A DNA stretch of 64,000 nucleotides from Eledone cirrhosa (GCA_964016885.1 OZ024745.1:124744001-124808000), one strand, 5' to 3'. Positions 28,911-41,405 are shown, counted from the first letter of the stretch. The notes: generated from the letters alone by a model not told the origin. A program made the numbers and translations.

Positions 28911-28949
28911 GGTGCTGATGATAGCTAACAAGCTTGAAACTAGTACATC
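28911..28949 (+). ncRNA. Minimal type I hammerhead ribozyme, unit 1 (predicted cleavage after 28945)
   Basis: GGTG-CTGATGA-TAGCT AACA AGCTT-GAAA-CTAG-TA-CATC: intact core, GUA triplet, palindromic CUAG helix III. Confidence 0.85.
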
Positions 28950-29376
28950 GTTCCTGTGTTAGTGTTGAACAAAAAGGTGACGTGGTTGCCTTAACACCGT
29001 ATGGCATAAATTCAGGCTGTTCAGTTTGTTTACAAACGAACAAAGCGACGTTAGCGCCGATAAACTGATACGTGCATATATGTATGTGTACCTGTATGCA
29101 TATGTATGTATATATGTATATATATATATATATGTGCATGCTACTGTACGTCTGTATACATATATGTATGTACGTATACATGCATACTTACATTTAAGTA
29201 AGTGCCATACTAAGAGTGAGAAATGAAATTTCGTTTTCATTTTGTTTCAATTTATCGTTTTCGGTATGCCTGACCGATTTAACTCACTCAATATGCAAAT
29301 TAGGCTGCTCAGCCGTTAATTTTCATAAGGAAAGTATATACTTTCGAACGTTCAACTATCTGGCAGATGGGTAAAC

Positions 29377-29415
29377 GGTGCTGATGATAGCTAACAAGCT
29401 TGAAACTAGTACATC
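29377..29415 (+). ncRNA. Minimal type I hammerhead ribozyme, unit 2 (predicted cleavage after 29411)
   Basis: Identical to 28911-28949. Confidence 0.85.
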
Positions 29416-29842
29416 GTTCCTGTGTTAGTGTTGAACAAAAAGGTGACGTGGTTGCCTTAACACCGTATGGCATAAATTCAGGCTGTTCAGTTTGTTTACA
29501 AACGAACAAAGCGACGTTAGCGCCGATAAACTGATACGTGCATATATGTATGTGTACCTGTATGCATATGTATGTATATATGTATATATATATATATATG
29601 TGCATGCTACTGTACGTCTGTATACATATATGTATGTACGTATACATGCATACTTACATTTAAGTAAGTGCCATACTAAGAGTGAGAAATGAAATTTCGT
29701 TTTCATTTTGTTTCAATTTATCGTTTTCGGTATGCCTGACCGATTTAACTCACTCAATATGCAAATTAGGCTGCTCAGCCGTTAATTTTCATAAGGAAAG
29801 TATATACTTTCGAACGTTCAACTATCTGGCAGATGGGTAAAC

Positions 29843-29881
29843 GGTGCTGATGATAGCTAACAAGCTTGAAACTAGTACATC
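29843..29881 (+). ncRNA. Minimal type I hammerhead ribozyme, unit 3 (predicted cleavage after 29877)
   Basis: Identical to 28911-28949. Confidence 0.85.
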
Positions 29882-30118
29882 GTTCCTGTGTTAGTGTTGA
29901 ACAAAAAGGTGACGTGGTTGCCTTAACACCGTATGGCATAAATTCAGGCTGTTCAGTTTGTTTACAAACGAACAAAGCGACGTTAGCGCCGATAAACTGA
30001 TACGTGCATATATGTATGTGTACCTGTATGCATATGTATGTATATATGTATATATATATATATATGTGCATGCTACTGTACGTCTGTATACATATATGTA
30101 TGTACGTATACATGCATA

Positions 30119-30169
<51 letters not shown>

Positions 30170-30299
30170 GTGAGGTTTTTTTACAAAATGAAAAATAACC
30201 GAGGTGTCCTACACGAGTGAAAGTATAAAGAAGAAAAGATGAAATCGAAAATGGAACTGGAGTCTTATTTTTTAAAAAATATATATATTTATTTGGTTC

Positions 30300-30335
30300 C
30301 TTTACCGGTTTCGCAGTTCTTCTGCTTTTCAAAAG
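30300..30335 (-). ncRNA. Minimal hammerhead with mutated core, in a PLE-type remnant (about 30162-30360)
   Basis: CTT-TTGAAAA-GCAG AAGAA CTGC-GAAA-CCGG-TA-AAG, then AATAAA. Confidence 0.55.
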
Positions 30336-31275
30336 TAGAGTTGAGATGGAGGGTCTGTGGTTTTTCTCACATATATATATATTTAACTAAGTATGTACGT
30401 ATGTAAATGATCACCATTAAAGACACAATCTCAAAGTACTTCGCAATAAGACAATCCTATGCTACGTGTTCGCAAACGGTGCTTCTTAATTAAACTGCCC
30501 TGACAGAAATAATAATAGAAATTGTAATATAGGAAAAGAAAATAAAGAAAATAATGAATTGCTAATATAGTTTTCTATTGCGCAGAGTAAAATCACCATA
30601 TATGAAAAATCTCTCATAAGAGTGGGATTTATATTCTACTCAATAAAGGAGGCTACACAACCCAATAAAAGTGCTAAACCAATTATAGCTGTTCAAATGA
30701 ATTGATAAACAAAACTACATAATACACACACAAGCAGATTTGTCTCAATAAATATATCTGAGACACCGGCTTTGTATGTTACAAACGACAACATCTTCAA
30801 ATGAAATAATTACACTCTACACAAGCTAAGACTAAACATATTTGAAATAAGTTTATTTAATTACTCAATGAAAGAGATAAATAACTCATTTAAAAACATA
30901 TTTGAAAGGCAATCACATAGATTCATCTTTCTTTTCAGAGAAATTTCTTTCAGTAAAAGCTCCATACATTCATTTGAATCTTTATTGTAAATTATCGAAT
31001 TCAACAGAACTACATATTAGAAGATATTTTAAAAGATGCTCCATTTGATGTGCCATCAACTTAGGCAGAGTTTCTCAAAGTTGGTGCTACCGTCCTCCGG
31101 GGGGCGTTGAAAAGGTCGAATTGGCACTGAGCTAAGGTATATCAAAGAGACTCAATTCAATTAAAAGATTTCTACTTTTCCTTCGTTATATCTATTCCCT
31201 TAACAACATTTTCAACGTTATTCCAGGGGATAGGCAATTGTCGCTACCTCCATATTTCTTTATTCCTACTATGCA

Positions 31276-31516
31276 ATGTGGAAATACCTAAGATCTGGTG
31301 TTGAACGGGCAATAGTCACTCTTGCAAAATGGGGATATTTAAAGAATGGGGATATTGTGTGTGACTGTGGCATCGAACCACAGACTATGCAGCACCTCCT
31401 GATATACCCCCTGCTGGAACACCCCTGTACATCATTGGAATTGACAGAGTTTAATGAGAAAGGACAGCAATGTGTTCAGCTGTGGTGGAACCATATCTAG
31501 CCACGACAAGAAGAAT
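31276..31516 (+). mobile_element. Ingi/Vingi-like LINE 3' fragment
   Basis: LRSGVER...LAKWGY.....CDCGIEPQTMQHLL..P zinc knuckle, then stop and a short (AAG)n tail. Confidence 0.7.
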
Positions 31517-32561
31517 ATTCCTACATCGATTTTGTAGAATTAGTAGATTTCACAGGTCACTAAACTAGTGTATGCATATCGTTCATACAATTGCTTCTAC
31601 TGACTTTTCAGCCTTGGTCGCTGATCCAATAAATAATATACTTCAAAACATATACCATGTTGGTTTTAATAACATGTCCAAGAATAAATGGTCTTCCAAA
31701 TATACATACATCAAAGGAACCGATCTTCAGACCAGAAGAACGAAACAATGTTTCCCTTGGTTTTTTTTTCTATTGTTAATACTAAATCTGCCAGTCACAA
31801 CTCTTAATCCATCCACTTTCTTTCTCTCTTTCTCTCACCCTCTCACCCAGTATCCCCCCTCCATCATATAAAGGTGTGCGTATGTGTGTATAAGAAACAA
31901 CGTTAAATCATGTTGTTTACATAATTGTATTTATTACATTATATAAATGTCAATGACATTGTGGGTAGTTATTCAATAATGGCTACATCAATAACTGGCA
32001 CCAGTGTGACATAGTCAGATGTTAACACAATTATGTGAAGTGGTTAAATTTGTATGTTGATATGTCGATGGTAAAATAGTTCTATCCGGGTGAAGATCTA
32101 ACAAACATGACACACCAAATCAAGTTTCTCTTTAGTGTTTTTGTCGTAGAAGTATCTATTAAGAAATATTTATTAAATCTCGTGGTGACAGCTAAAGTGG
32201 GTGGTTTGTCTCAATTGTTGTATGGTCCTTGTTGCCGAATGTAAAAGATAAAATTATTACACTTTATCATTTCCTTAGAACCTAACTAACAATTGTTCGT
32301 AGAAACCACCACATATTCGCGAGATTGTAAATATTTTCCGCGATGTTTTATGGCTTTTTCGTGGCAATATATATTTTTTCATGCTTTTTCACGCTAAATT
32401 ATTAATAACCATATACCGTATTTGCCGGCCTATATTTTACGTCATGAAAAGGAGGAGGAAAGACAAAGTAGAAGAAGGAAAGAGGGATGGAAGTAAAACG
32501 TAAACGTAAAGTAAAAATATAATTTTGTAAATAAATTTAAAATTACACACTAGTAAATTAA

Positions 32562-32702
32562 GGGTTTCTAATTTTGGCACAAGCCCAACTATTTTGTGGG
32601 AGGAGAAAGTCGATTAAATCGACCTTAGTGCATAATTGGTACATTAATTTATCGACCCCGTAAGGATGAAAGACGAAGAAAACTTCAGCGGGATTTGATC
32701 TC
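32562..32702 (-). mobile_element. SINE fragment, diverged
   Basis: TTTATCGACCCCGTAAGGATGAAAG..GCGGGATTTGA on the plus strand. Confidence 0.65.
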
Positions 32703-32749
32703 GAGAAACTATAAAGTAATGATACCTTATTCTTCTCCGTTGTCTTCTT

Positions 32750-32945
32750 CGTCCACTTATTCTTGAGAAGGCCGCGGGGGAAGAGTCCTCAGAAACTCCT
32801 TTCAGCGGGTCCTGTCAGAAGCCACCGTCTCCAACTGATCCAGCTGGATCCCCAAAGCGACACCACCCAAGCTTATGGATGTCATCCAACCATCTTGCCC
32901 GGGGTCAACCCCCAGGTTTTCTGCCGTTTAGTTTTGCCCGTAAAA
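32750..32945 (-). mobile_element. RTE 3' fragment (family of 5926-6340)
   Basis: Shares GTCCTGTCAGAAGC.ACC.TCTCCAACTGATCC.GCTGGATC. Confidence 0.7.
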
Positions 32946-33334
32946 GAGCAGTTCTGATGGAGAACAGATCCAGATATGATGGCTAGTTACGATATAACTG
33001 GGCAACTGCCGGGTGAATAAGCAAAGTTAAGATATGAAAAATATAATTATATATAAAAATAAATTTAAAATTACAAACTAATGAAATAATGAAATACTGA
33101 AAAATGTCCAAAAATATAAAAATATTAAAAATATAAAAGAAAGAATTCAAAATATAGATTAAGAATAATGGAGGTAAACACAATATATAGGATCCAAGAC
33201 TACACAATAAATGATAGATATAGAAGAATATAAATATGCAGATAAATATATATATAATCATGTATATAGATAAAGTTTAAACATGTATATATATATATAT
33301 ATATGAGTGTGTGTGTGTATGTGTGTGTGTGTGC

Positions 33335-33530
33335 CCCGGCTGTAATCGGGGGTAACCACGGTATATAAGGTACTCAGTACAGAGCAGAGTATAAATATTT
33401 AATATAGAAATGGCTTCTACACGACTAGAACAGTTTCATTCGAAGGCAATCATCAGGGCTTTCCTCATGATTCCCTTTGAATGAAACTGTTCTAGTCGTG
33501 CAAAAGACATTTCTATATTAAATATTTATA
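33335..33530. mobile_element. Inverted-repeat PLE-type insertion with decayed hammerheads
   Basis: Arms 33390-33530 invert just 5' of CTGATGA; motif CTGATGA-TTGCCTTCGAAT-GAAA-CTGTTCTAGTCGTG-TA-GAAG. Same family as 50205-50487. Confidence 0.7.
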
Positions 33531-33827
33531 ATCTCGTCAAAATTCGCCTGTTCTTATGTTCGAAATGAGTTGTTGACTTGATATTTTTCCTAATTTTCCT
33601 CTCTTTACGTTGCTTCACCCTTCGTGTCTGTTTACATGCCCCCCCCCCCCTTCTTTTATCCTAATAAATTATTTTAGTTATTGTTTCGCCCTAGGCTGAG
33701 ATATCTTGTCTCTAACGCGGAGAAATACCTATGATTCCTAGTAGACAACTGAAGACGAATAATCCTCTATTTCGCCCGTAACTTTTATTTTTCATTATAC
33801 ATAAATGCAACAACAAAACTCTCATAT

Positions 33828-33879
<52 letters not shown>

Positions 33880-33882
<3 letters not shown>

Positions 33883-34271
33883 TATGTATGTATACGTACA
33901 TACATATATGTATATAGACGTACAGTAGTATGTATATATATACATACATGCACACATATATATATGTACGTATGGGTTTACCGAACATTTATTATAATGC
34001 TCGGTCTGTAAACAAACAAACAGCCCGAATTACGCCGTACAGTGCTCCGCAACCATCGTCGCCCTTTTGTTCAACACTGACGCAGGAACGATGCACTAGT
34101 TTCAAGCTTATTAGCTATCGTCAGCATCCTATACCTTTCTGTCAGATGGTTGAACGTTTGAAAATATACACTTTCCTTATGCATATTAACGGCTGAGCAG
34201 CCTAATTTGCATATCGAGTGAGTTAGTCGGCCGTACTAAGAGTGAGAAATGAGATTTCGTTTTATTCTTTT

Positions 34272-34273
<2 letters not shown>
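33880..34273 (-). mobile_element. Diverged solo copy of the 466-bp unit, hammerhead at 34090-34128
   Basis: GATG-CTGACGA-TAGCT AATA AGCTT-GAAA-CTAG-TG-CATC. ATGCAAAT is retained, and both ends lie in (TA)n. Confidence 0.9.
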
Positions 34274-34310
<37 letters not shown>

Positions 34311-34314
<4 letters not shown>

Positions 34315-34461
34315 GAAAGTGAACAACAAAATATATAACTACCCCATTACAAAATGTTGCAGGACCCTAGACAATATTAATAAATTGATATAATATCTGA
34401 TGAACGATCTAGACGTATATTAATATTGTCCAGGGTCCTGAAACCTTTGGTAATGGAGTAG

Positions 34462-34468
<7 letters not shown>
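34311..34468 (+). mobile_element. Inverted-repeat PLE-type insertion with hammerhead at 34394-34455
   Basis: TAT-CTGATGA-ACGATCTAGACGTATAT TA ATATTGTCCAGGGTCCT-GAAA-CCTTTGG-TA-ATG. The inverted arm 34331-34382 stops at the helix II loop. Confidence 0.65.
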
Positions 34469-34519
<51 letters not shown>

Positions 34520-34759
34520 TATATATATATAATATGTATATATATATATATATTATGTAAATATACATATATATATATACATCGTAAAGTAATGTAAAAA
34601 TATAAAATACACTCCATAGATATAAGTTGAAGGTGTAATGTAAATATAAGGAAAAATAGTATACAGGTGTAGCTAATACATTGGGCAAATATATGTGTGT
34701 AATATATGTGTAAAAAAAGTACTTTGTAACTTTACCAATAGCTACTGTTGAGCTACCTA

Positions 34760-35295
34760 CAAGAAGGTTTTTGGTAATCTATGAGAACAAGTGTTAAACA
34801 TATCCGTTCTTCTATTGAGAACTAATTATTTTCTTATTATCTCGATGACCTCTGAATTACACAAGAAACACGCATGAGAACGTACCTTGTATGTTGGGAC
34901 ATATAATTTTAGACTAGGAAAGAGATTATGTTTGTTATTAAGCTTTTAAACCTCCATACTAGTTCTGAGATGGCCGTGCTACTTTTCGTATCTAATTTTC
35001 TAATTGTGTGGTATTGGTTCTACTACCATTGCTTAAATCTATTTGTGGTTGGTTCTACGTATGTATATACTTTGTGGTTTGGCCTAAGTTCACATCCGAA
35101 AACGATATTTTTATTGAGGCATACCCCTTCTAGAGGAAATAGCCTGGGTATCCTACAGTTAAATATTTCGTTAAAGTGATGAGATTTATTTTGTATTGTG
35201 TTGGTTGCTTGCTGAATCTCGTTATCTATGTCATTGTTATTTATGCGAGTAATCAAGCTTAAGCATTCTCGAGAAGTAATATGAAGTGAAAACAC
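34760..35295 (-). mobile_element. Penelope-like (Neptune-type) GIY-YIG fragment
   Basis: FNCRIPRLFPLEGVCLNKNIVF..YTYVEPTTNRFKQW..STAISELVWRFK. Confidence 0.75.
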
Positions 35296-35327
35296 CGACT
35301 ATATATATATATATATATATATATATG

Positions 35328-36175
35328 TAGGAACAAGTATATGACCCCGACGGCAGAGATCAAGCCGTTTAGACGGCTATTTCTGCACTAAGTAAACATT
35401 TTTAGCCTGGTAAATAAATAGCCAAACTTATCAAGGGGTACTTCCTTATATGGGAAGATAGTAATTGTCAAGAGGATTGGTTAAAATTTGTTATAAAGAC
35501 AAATAAATCTATCATGGCATTTGGTGGGAGGTAGGGGTGACTGATCTTGCCGGTAGAACAAAGAGGGAGTGAGCAAAGCCAGTCAGGCATTGAAAGTGAA
35601 ATCTATACATCAGATTCTAAGGATAGTGTATAAAAAGTCGGAAAATCGTACTGGAGAAAAGGAGGGGGCAGGAGATAAAAGGGAGTAAAATAAAAATAAA
35701 AATTAAAATAAAAGAATAATAAATATATAAAAAAGTTATGATAATGAGAAATGAATAAAAAACAAATAAAAAAACAAAAAAGTAGAGTCTACAAACAGCT
35801 GCTATAATTAGTAAGTATTGCTAATCTATAGAAAAGTTTAATAGGTAGAGAATGGGAAAAATACCAAATAAGAGATTGTAGTTGGTCGTGAAAAAATTTA
35901 AAGCAGTCTTTACAGGGGGTCTAACACAGCTGCTATAAATAGTTAGTAAAGCGTAATCAGCCAATGCTATCTTACAATTACAGGTTAATAAGTTGATAAA
36001 AAAAATACTAAATAAGAAATATAGAAATTGTAGAATTGGAGTAGTGACAAAAAAGAAATTACAGGGGTCTAACACATCTGCTAAAAATAAGGCGTAATCG
36101 GTCAATTCTATCTTAAAATTACGGGGGAGGGGGTACTGAGGCTACAGAGGACCGATGGGCTGCATAGGGATAAGC
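35328..36175 (-). mobile_element. PLE-type 3' region with a complete but core-mutated hammerhead (35344-35439) and three degenerate direct repeats upstream
   Basis: ACCCC-TTGATAA-GTTTGGCTATTT..AAATAGCCGTC-TAAA-CGGCTTGATCTCTGCCG-TC-GGGGT. The motif GTCT(A)AC(A)CAGCTGCTATAA recurs near 35790, 35920 and 36070. Confidence 0.55.
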
Positions 36176-36211
36176 GAATATATATATATATATATATATA
36201 TGCTTATGTGA

Positions 36212-36390
36212 AGGCAGGTAGCTTTGTGGTTAGATATTTGAGTTCACAATCATGAGGTTTTTAGTTATATGACCGGGTGATACGCTGCGTTCTTGACTGT
36301 GACACTTTCTGTCATGTTGCTCCAGTTCATTCAACTGCAGAAATGAGTTTTTACGTCACCGGGGCGAAACTGCATCGGCCTCTGCTTTTT
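36212..36390 (+). mobile_element. Decayed tRNA-derived SINE (second family)
   Basis: TAGCTTTGTGGTTAGA A-box-like head, then TTCTTGA...GACACTTT..TTGCTCCAGTTCATTCAACTG..AAATGAG. Confidence 0.5.
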
Positions 36391-36647
36391 TGTGCTTTCC
36401 TGCGTGTTGATATATGTATTTATGCGCGTATATGTAAGACAATAGATTTTAGAAGAAAATCTTCCACCATCCAACCTTGTATCCACTGTTATATTTACTA
36501 CTCCACTACCATTATTTCTAATTAATTCATATTATACATTATTAGATATCAAGGGTTCACGTCGTACATTCTGATATATTGTATTATATATGGTAATAAA
36601 ACAGAATTTGATATTAACTACAGTATGTCTAATATCATGCCACTATG

Positions 36648-36699
<52 letters not shown>

Positions 36700-36721
36700 A
36701 GATTGTGTTGTTATTTCTGTT

Positions 36722-36788
<67 letters not shown>

Positions 36789-37229
36789 TAAGTACATTAT
36801 ATTCCTATATATTTTAAGGTTTCTAAAGAATAGTTATTTATTCATACTCGATTCTTTTATACTCACCTGTTCCTAATATACTTTCTCATTACTTTCCGTA
36901 TTTCTTCCTTTACTATTCATTTTGTAGTACCTTTGATTATATTATCAGTAACTACTTCTGTATGGCGTGTGAATATAAATGAAAGCAAAATAACACGTAA
37001 AGACCATTTGGTAATGGGTGACGTTATACCTATGGATTAAAAAGACAGTTGGAACAATACACTATTTGTGAGAGTGTGGTATTCTCAGTTATTTAAAACG
37101 TAGAGCTCTAATGGTTTATATGCTATGGAATCCGGAAGGATCCGAGGAAAAGATGATTACACTGTTCCTAAAATGATGTAACTAAAGGCTGAAAAACATG
37201 TTCGGGTAGCACATGTAACACATGTGTGT

Positions 37230-37290
37230 GTACTCTGATGATCCAGCGAATATACAGCTGAATATACAGGTGAAACTTCAAAGTAACAAG
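37230..37290 (+). ncRNA. Hammerhead-like motif with poor helix I
   Basis: CTGATGA-TCC..GGT-GAAA-CTTCAAAG-TA. Confidence 0.4.
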
Positions 37291-37310
37291 AATCATGACA
37301 ACCATAAGAA

Positions 37311-37361
<51 letters not shown>

Positions 37362-37362
<1 letters not shown>

Positions 37363-37556
37363 ATAGGAAAAAGTATGACTCCGACGGCAGAGCTCAAGCC
37401 GTTTCGACGGCTATTTCCTAGAAATAGCCGTCGAAACGGCTTGAGCTCTGCCGTCGGGGTTATACTTTTTCCTATTACCCACTCTACAACCCTAAGTATT
37501 GAGTACTCTGGTGCGTTATGGTCCATCTGGTTCTTTACAACAATTCCTTCGTTATA
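37362..37556 (+). mobile_element. Fold-back PLE-type insertion centred in hammerhead helix II (GAGCTC family)
   Basis: Near-perfect palindrome 37362-37476 around CTA. The arm reads GAAATAGCCGTC-GAAA-CGGCTTGAGCTCTGCCG-TC-GGGGT, with an 80-bp tail ending CCTTCGTTATATA. Confidence 0.8.
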
Positions 37557-37886
37557 TATAAGAATATATATATATATAAAAGAATTGTTATTCGTCTTCA
37601 CAATTCATATTGCGAAACAGCATTACCAAAGTTGTCTGGGTGATTGGTAATCTTGTATTTATTTTCTTGATTTATTCTTAAATTAAGTCTGGAAAACCCT
37701 ATTGTCCATAGTTAGTATTCTTTTCAACTTAGCGAATCTGGTCCCTTACGATTTGAACACATATATGTATATATATGTGTTTATCTTTCTTTATATTCAA
37801 TTATAATATACGGCTCGGAAAAATCTCTTTCCTAGAGCTATTTTATTGTAAGAGACTATTTTGAGTTTCTAACTTAATATATACTT

Positions 37887-37943
<57 letters not shown>

Positions 37944-37961
37944 ATATGTATATATATATAA

Positions 37962-38031
<70 letters not shown>

Positions 38032-38057
38032 TTATATATATATACATATATACATAC

Positions 38058-38364
<307 letters not shown>

Positions 38365-38368
38365 TTTC

Positions 38369-38417
<49 letters not shown>

Positions 38418-38691
38418 ATGTATATATGTGTATATACATATGTACTACAAAAACTATGTGGTTGATTGCTTGCTTGCTTGTTTGTATGTAATATAATACA
38501 GCCAAGAGTGCGTAGAATGGTAACATTCTTTTGAAAGGAATTGACCCTAAAATGCAAATAAAAATGGCATAGAAGATGTTTCGCATAAATCAGTGCACGG
38601 GTTCCCGAGAGAAAGAAAGAGATAGAGGTTGTGAGAGAGTAGACTGAAAGAGAGACAGAGGGAGGGAGAGGAAACATATTAGGAGTATGGA

Positions 38692-38747
<56 letters not shown>

Positions 38748-38764
38748 GGTGGTGTTTTTGTGTG

Positions 38765-38849
<85 letters not shown>

Positions 38850-39033
38850 TTGTGTCTATGACCAGTGTATATAGATCACAGACACCCGCATATATAAGTA
38901 GAAGGGATATTTAATTCGTTGGAAATTTAACAAATATAAATGTTTATAACTGATTCAGAGCACTCGACAGTTTCTGGAGTAAATATTCAATGATATTAAA
39001 TAAATGGAAACTATATTTATAAAACCATATTTA

Positions 39034-39091
39034 TTCTATTATATATATTTCAAGGGTACGAACAACTTTGGTATGCTTTCATCAGATAAAA
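39034..39091 (-). ncRNA. Type I hammerhead, decayed helix II
   Basis: TTTTAT-CTGATGA-AAGCATACCAAAG..TTCGTACCCTT-GAAA-TATATA-TA-ATAGAA; same family as 50057-50113. Confidence 0.6.
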
Positions 39092-39354
39092 TACAAAGTG
39101 TGTTTTATAAATTTTGACATAGCCAAGAAGCATACGTAATCAGTTGAATTTTCCTTGGGTATATATATATATATATGTATGTGTATATATATACACACAC
39201 ATATATATATATATGTATGTGTATATATACACACACACACACACACACATATATATGTGTATGTGTATATATATATATACACATATATGTATTGTTTTCC
39301 TTACCACACACTTCCTTCTTTATATATATATATATATGTATGCATATATATATA

Positions 39355-39405
<51 letters not shown>

Positions 39406-41217
39406 ATAATAATAAATTTGAAGACTAAAATCCCAAAAGGGATCGATAATGATAAATATATATCAAATATTAATATATATATATTTATATATTTATATAG
39501 TAATAATAATACATTTGAAGACTAATGGTTTATATGCTTACACACACATATGTATATATACATACGCACACGTATATATATATATATTGGCCTTACAGTT
39601 TCATTTCACATTATATACTTGTCTGTGTATATTTTAATTATTTCAAAATTAGATTTAAGTGAATATGATTTTTTAAAAAATGTTTTGAACTGAACGTGAC
39701 CCAAAAGGTCAGGGGGTGGTCTATAGTCAATAAACATCTGTTTAAACTGTTAATATAACTGTTAACATAAAAAAAAAACATACATTCAAATTCACACTCT
39801 CTTCAACACATCTACAAATACGATTATTTCGTAAAATGCATGTGGTATGACACAGGCGAATTCATTTAACGATATTTATATTTATGTATATATGTATATA
39901 TTTTTTATTTACCTAAAACTTCATTCTAAAAAAATATTTCACAGCATCCATAAAAACATGTTAATACTTTAAATTCAGCTTTTCATTTGCTTTCAAATAT
40001 TGAGCATTAATGTTAATTTATTTACGATCTAGAATTATAAAGCCTCTAAGCTATCTTAAGCCAATTTTTCAACGAATGGAAATGTTTTTTGTTACTTCTA
40101 TTTAGTGTTTATTAAACGAATTCAACCATATTTAATATTTCTTAACATTTTAAATACTTCGTGAAATACAAAGGCACTTCGAAATTTATAAACATGGAAA
40201 ATATTCATACTTATTTTCTAATAGTCTTATTTTGTCGTAAGTTAAGTATAGGATTAAATGTTTTTATTTGTTATATATAATTTTTTCATGTATATATTTT
40301 TTGGCAAACCCTTTTAAATGTTCATTCTTCGTAGCATGCTTCCAACTGTTTTATGCGAAGTGTTTTTAGAGACTGTATATCTTGGTGGGCTATGTTTAAT
40401 ATATGTTTGTTATATTATAAAATCGATAGTCTATTAATTATATTATTTGTTACGGTTTATTTTTCTATTAAAACGAGGCTAGAACCTATATAAATGTCTA
40501 TTTCTGAATGTCATTTATGATCAGCATACTATTTTTCTATGCCTATGTCTTGTGTAAAGTCTCGGACAATTGCACTGACACCATGGATGCAAGCATCCAA
40601 AATGTCCTACAGTGGGACATGAACATTTCCTTACTTTCAAAACCAAAATAGGGACAACCAAAACTCACACCAGGAAAACAATGTCACATCCTTTAGAAGC
40701 CTGAAAAGAATACAACTAAAATTCTCAATATTGCTTTAAATACCAGGTCTCAATTGGCGAACGCACATATTCAACATAAGCAAAATATAAATAAGATATC
40801 ATTCTGAAACTCTACGATATATTAAATCAGGCTCAGAATGAAGTACTGCTCTCTAATCTGGTATATTATTACAGTTTCACACATGAATCCTATACCGTAT
40901 CCAAAGATAGTTCACTTGAATTATTGTCCTACAATAGTTCACGGTCACTCACCAGCTTGAGAGAATTGATATGAAGTTTCGTTTTTACTCCTTTTCTACT
41001 TCTGTGAGTCATTACTTCATATCTCAACGTTGGCTGGTTTCGTGTCACCACCACGCAGACTCTACCACATTACTCATTGTTTATCGTTTGGTCATTAATA
41101 ATCTTTCAACTCACAGGTCATGTCTTAACATTATGGTCAGTTTGTCTTCTCCAAAGAAATGTCGCCGAGAATTTTCTCCTGTTACAAGTTCATCCTGTAA
41201 CCGTTTAAATGTAATAT

Positions 41218-41405
41218 TTCAATCCTTAAAACTACTGATGTTAGAATAGCCTTCTCCATTCTGTCCGCCCGTGCCGTTGGGCGGAAAGCACGCGGGATCC
41301 CATTTGCTCATAATACAGAGAGATGGGGAGGGCGAGAGAGATGGAGGCGATGACAGTGGGGGTTCGGCTCTTCCGTGTTCGGACCTGGTGTGTAACGTCA
41401 GTTGT
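41218..41405 (-). other. Candidate host exon (possibly terminal), product unknown
   Basis: Unique GC-richer island. Branch-point-like CTTAAC, pyrimidine tract and CAG at 41408-41406. Two frames stay open for about 55-60 codons, followed by unique UTR-like sequence. Confidence 0.3.

Larger units (their letters stand above)
28504..30121 (+). repeat. 466-bp tandem array, about 3.5 apparently identical units, each with a hammerhead ribozyme (retrozyme-like)
   Basis: Identical ORF translations repeat at +466 (28560, 29026, 29492, 29958). No meaningful protein is encoded, and a HHR occupies the same position in each unit. Confidence 0.95.

Noticed and set aside
28503-30173. Repeated 66-112 aa ORFs in the 466-bp array
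   Set aside because: They run through the internal microsatellite, have no recognisable domain and are not preserved in the solo copy.
31066-31125. hAT-like terminal sequence CAGAGTTTCTCAAAG, and a Tigger-like TACCGTATTT near 32414
   Set aside because: Only one end is visible in each case, with no matching inverted repeat or TSD found.
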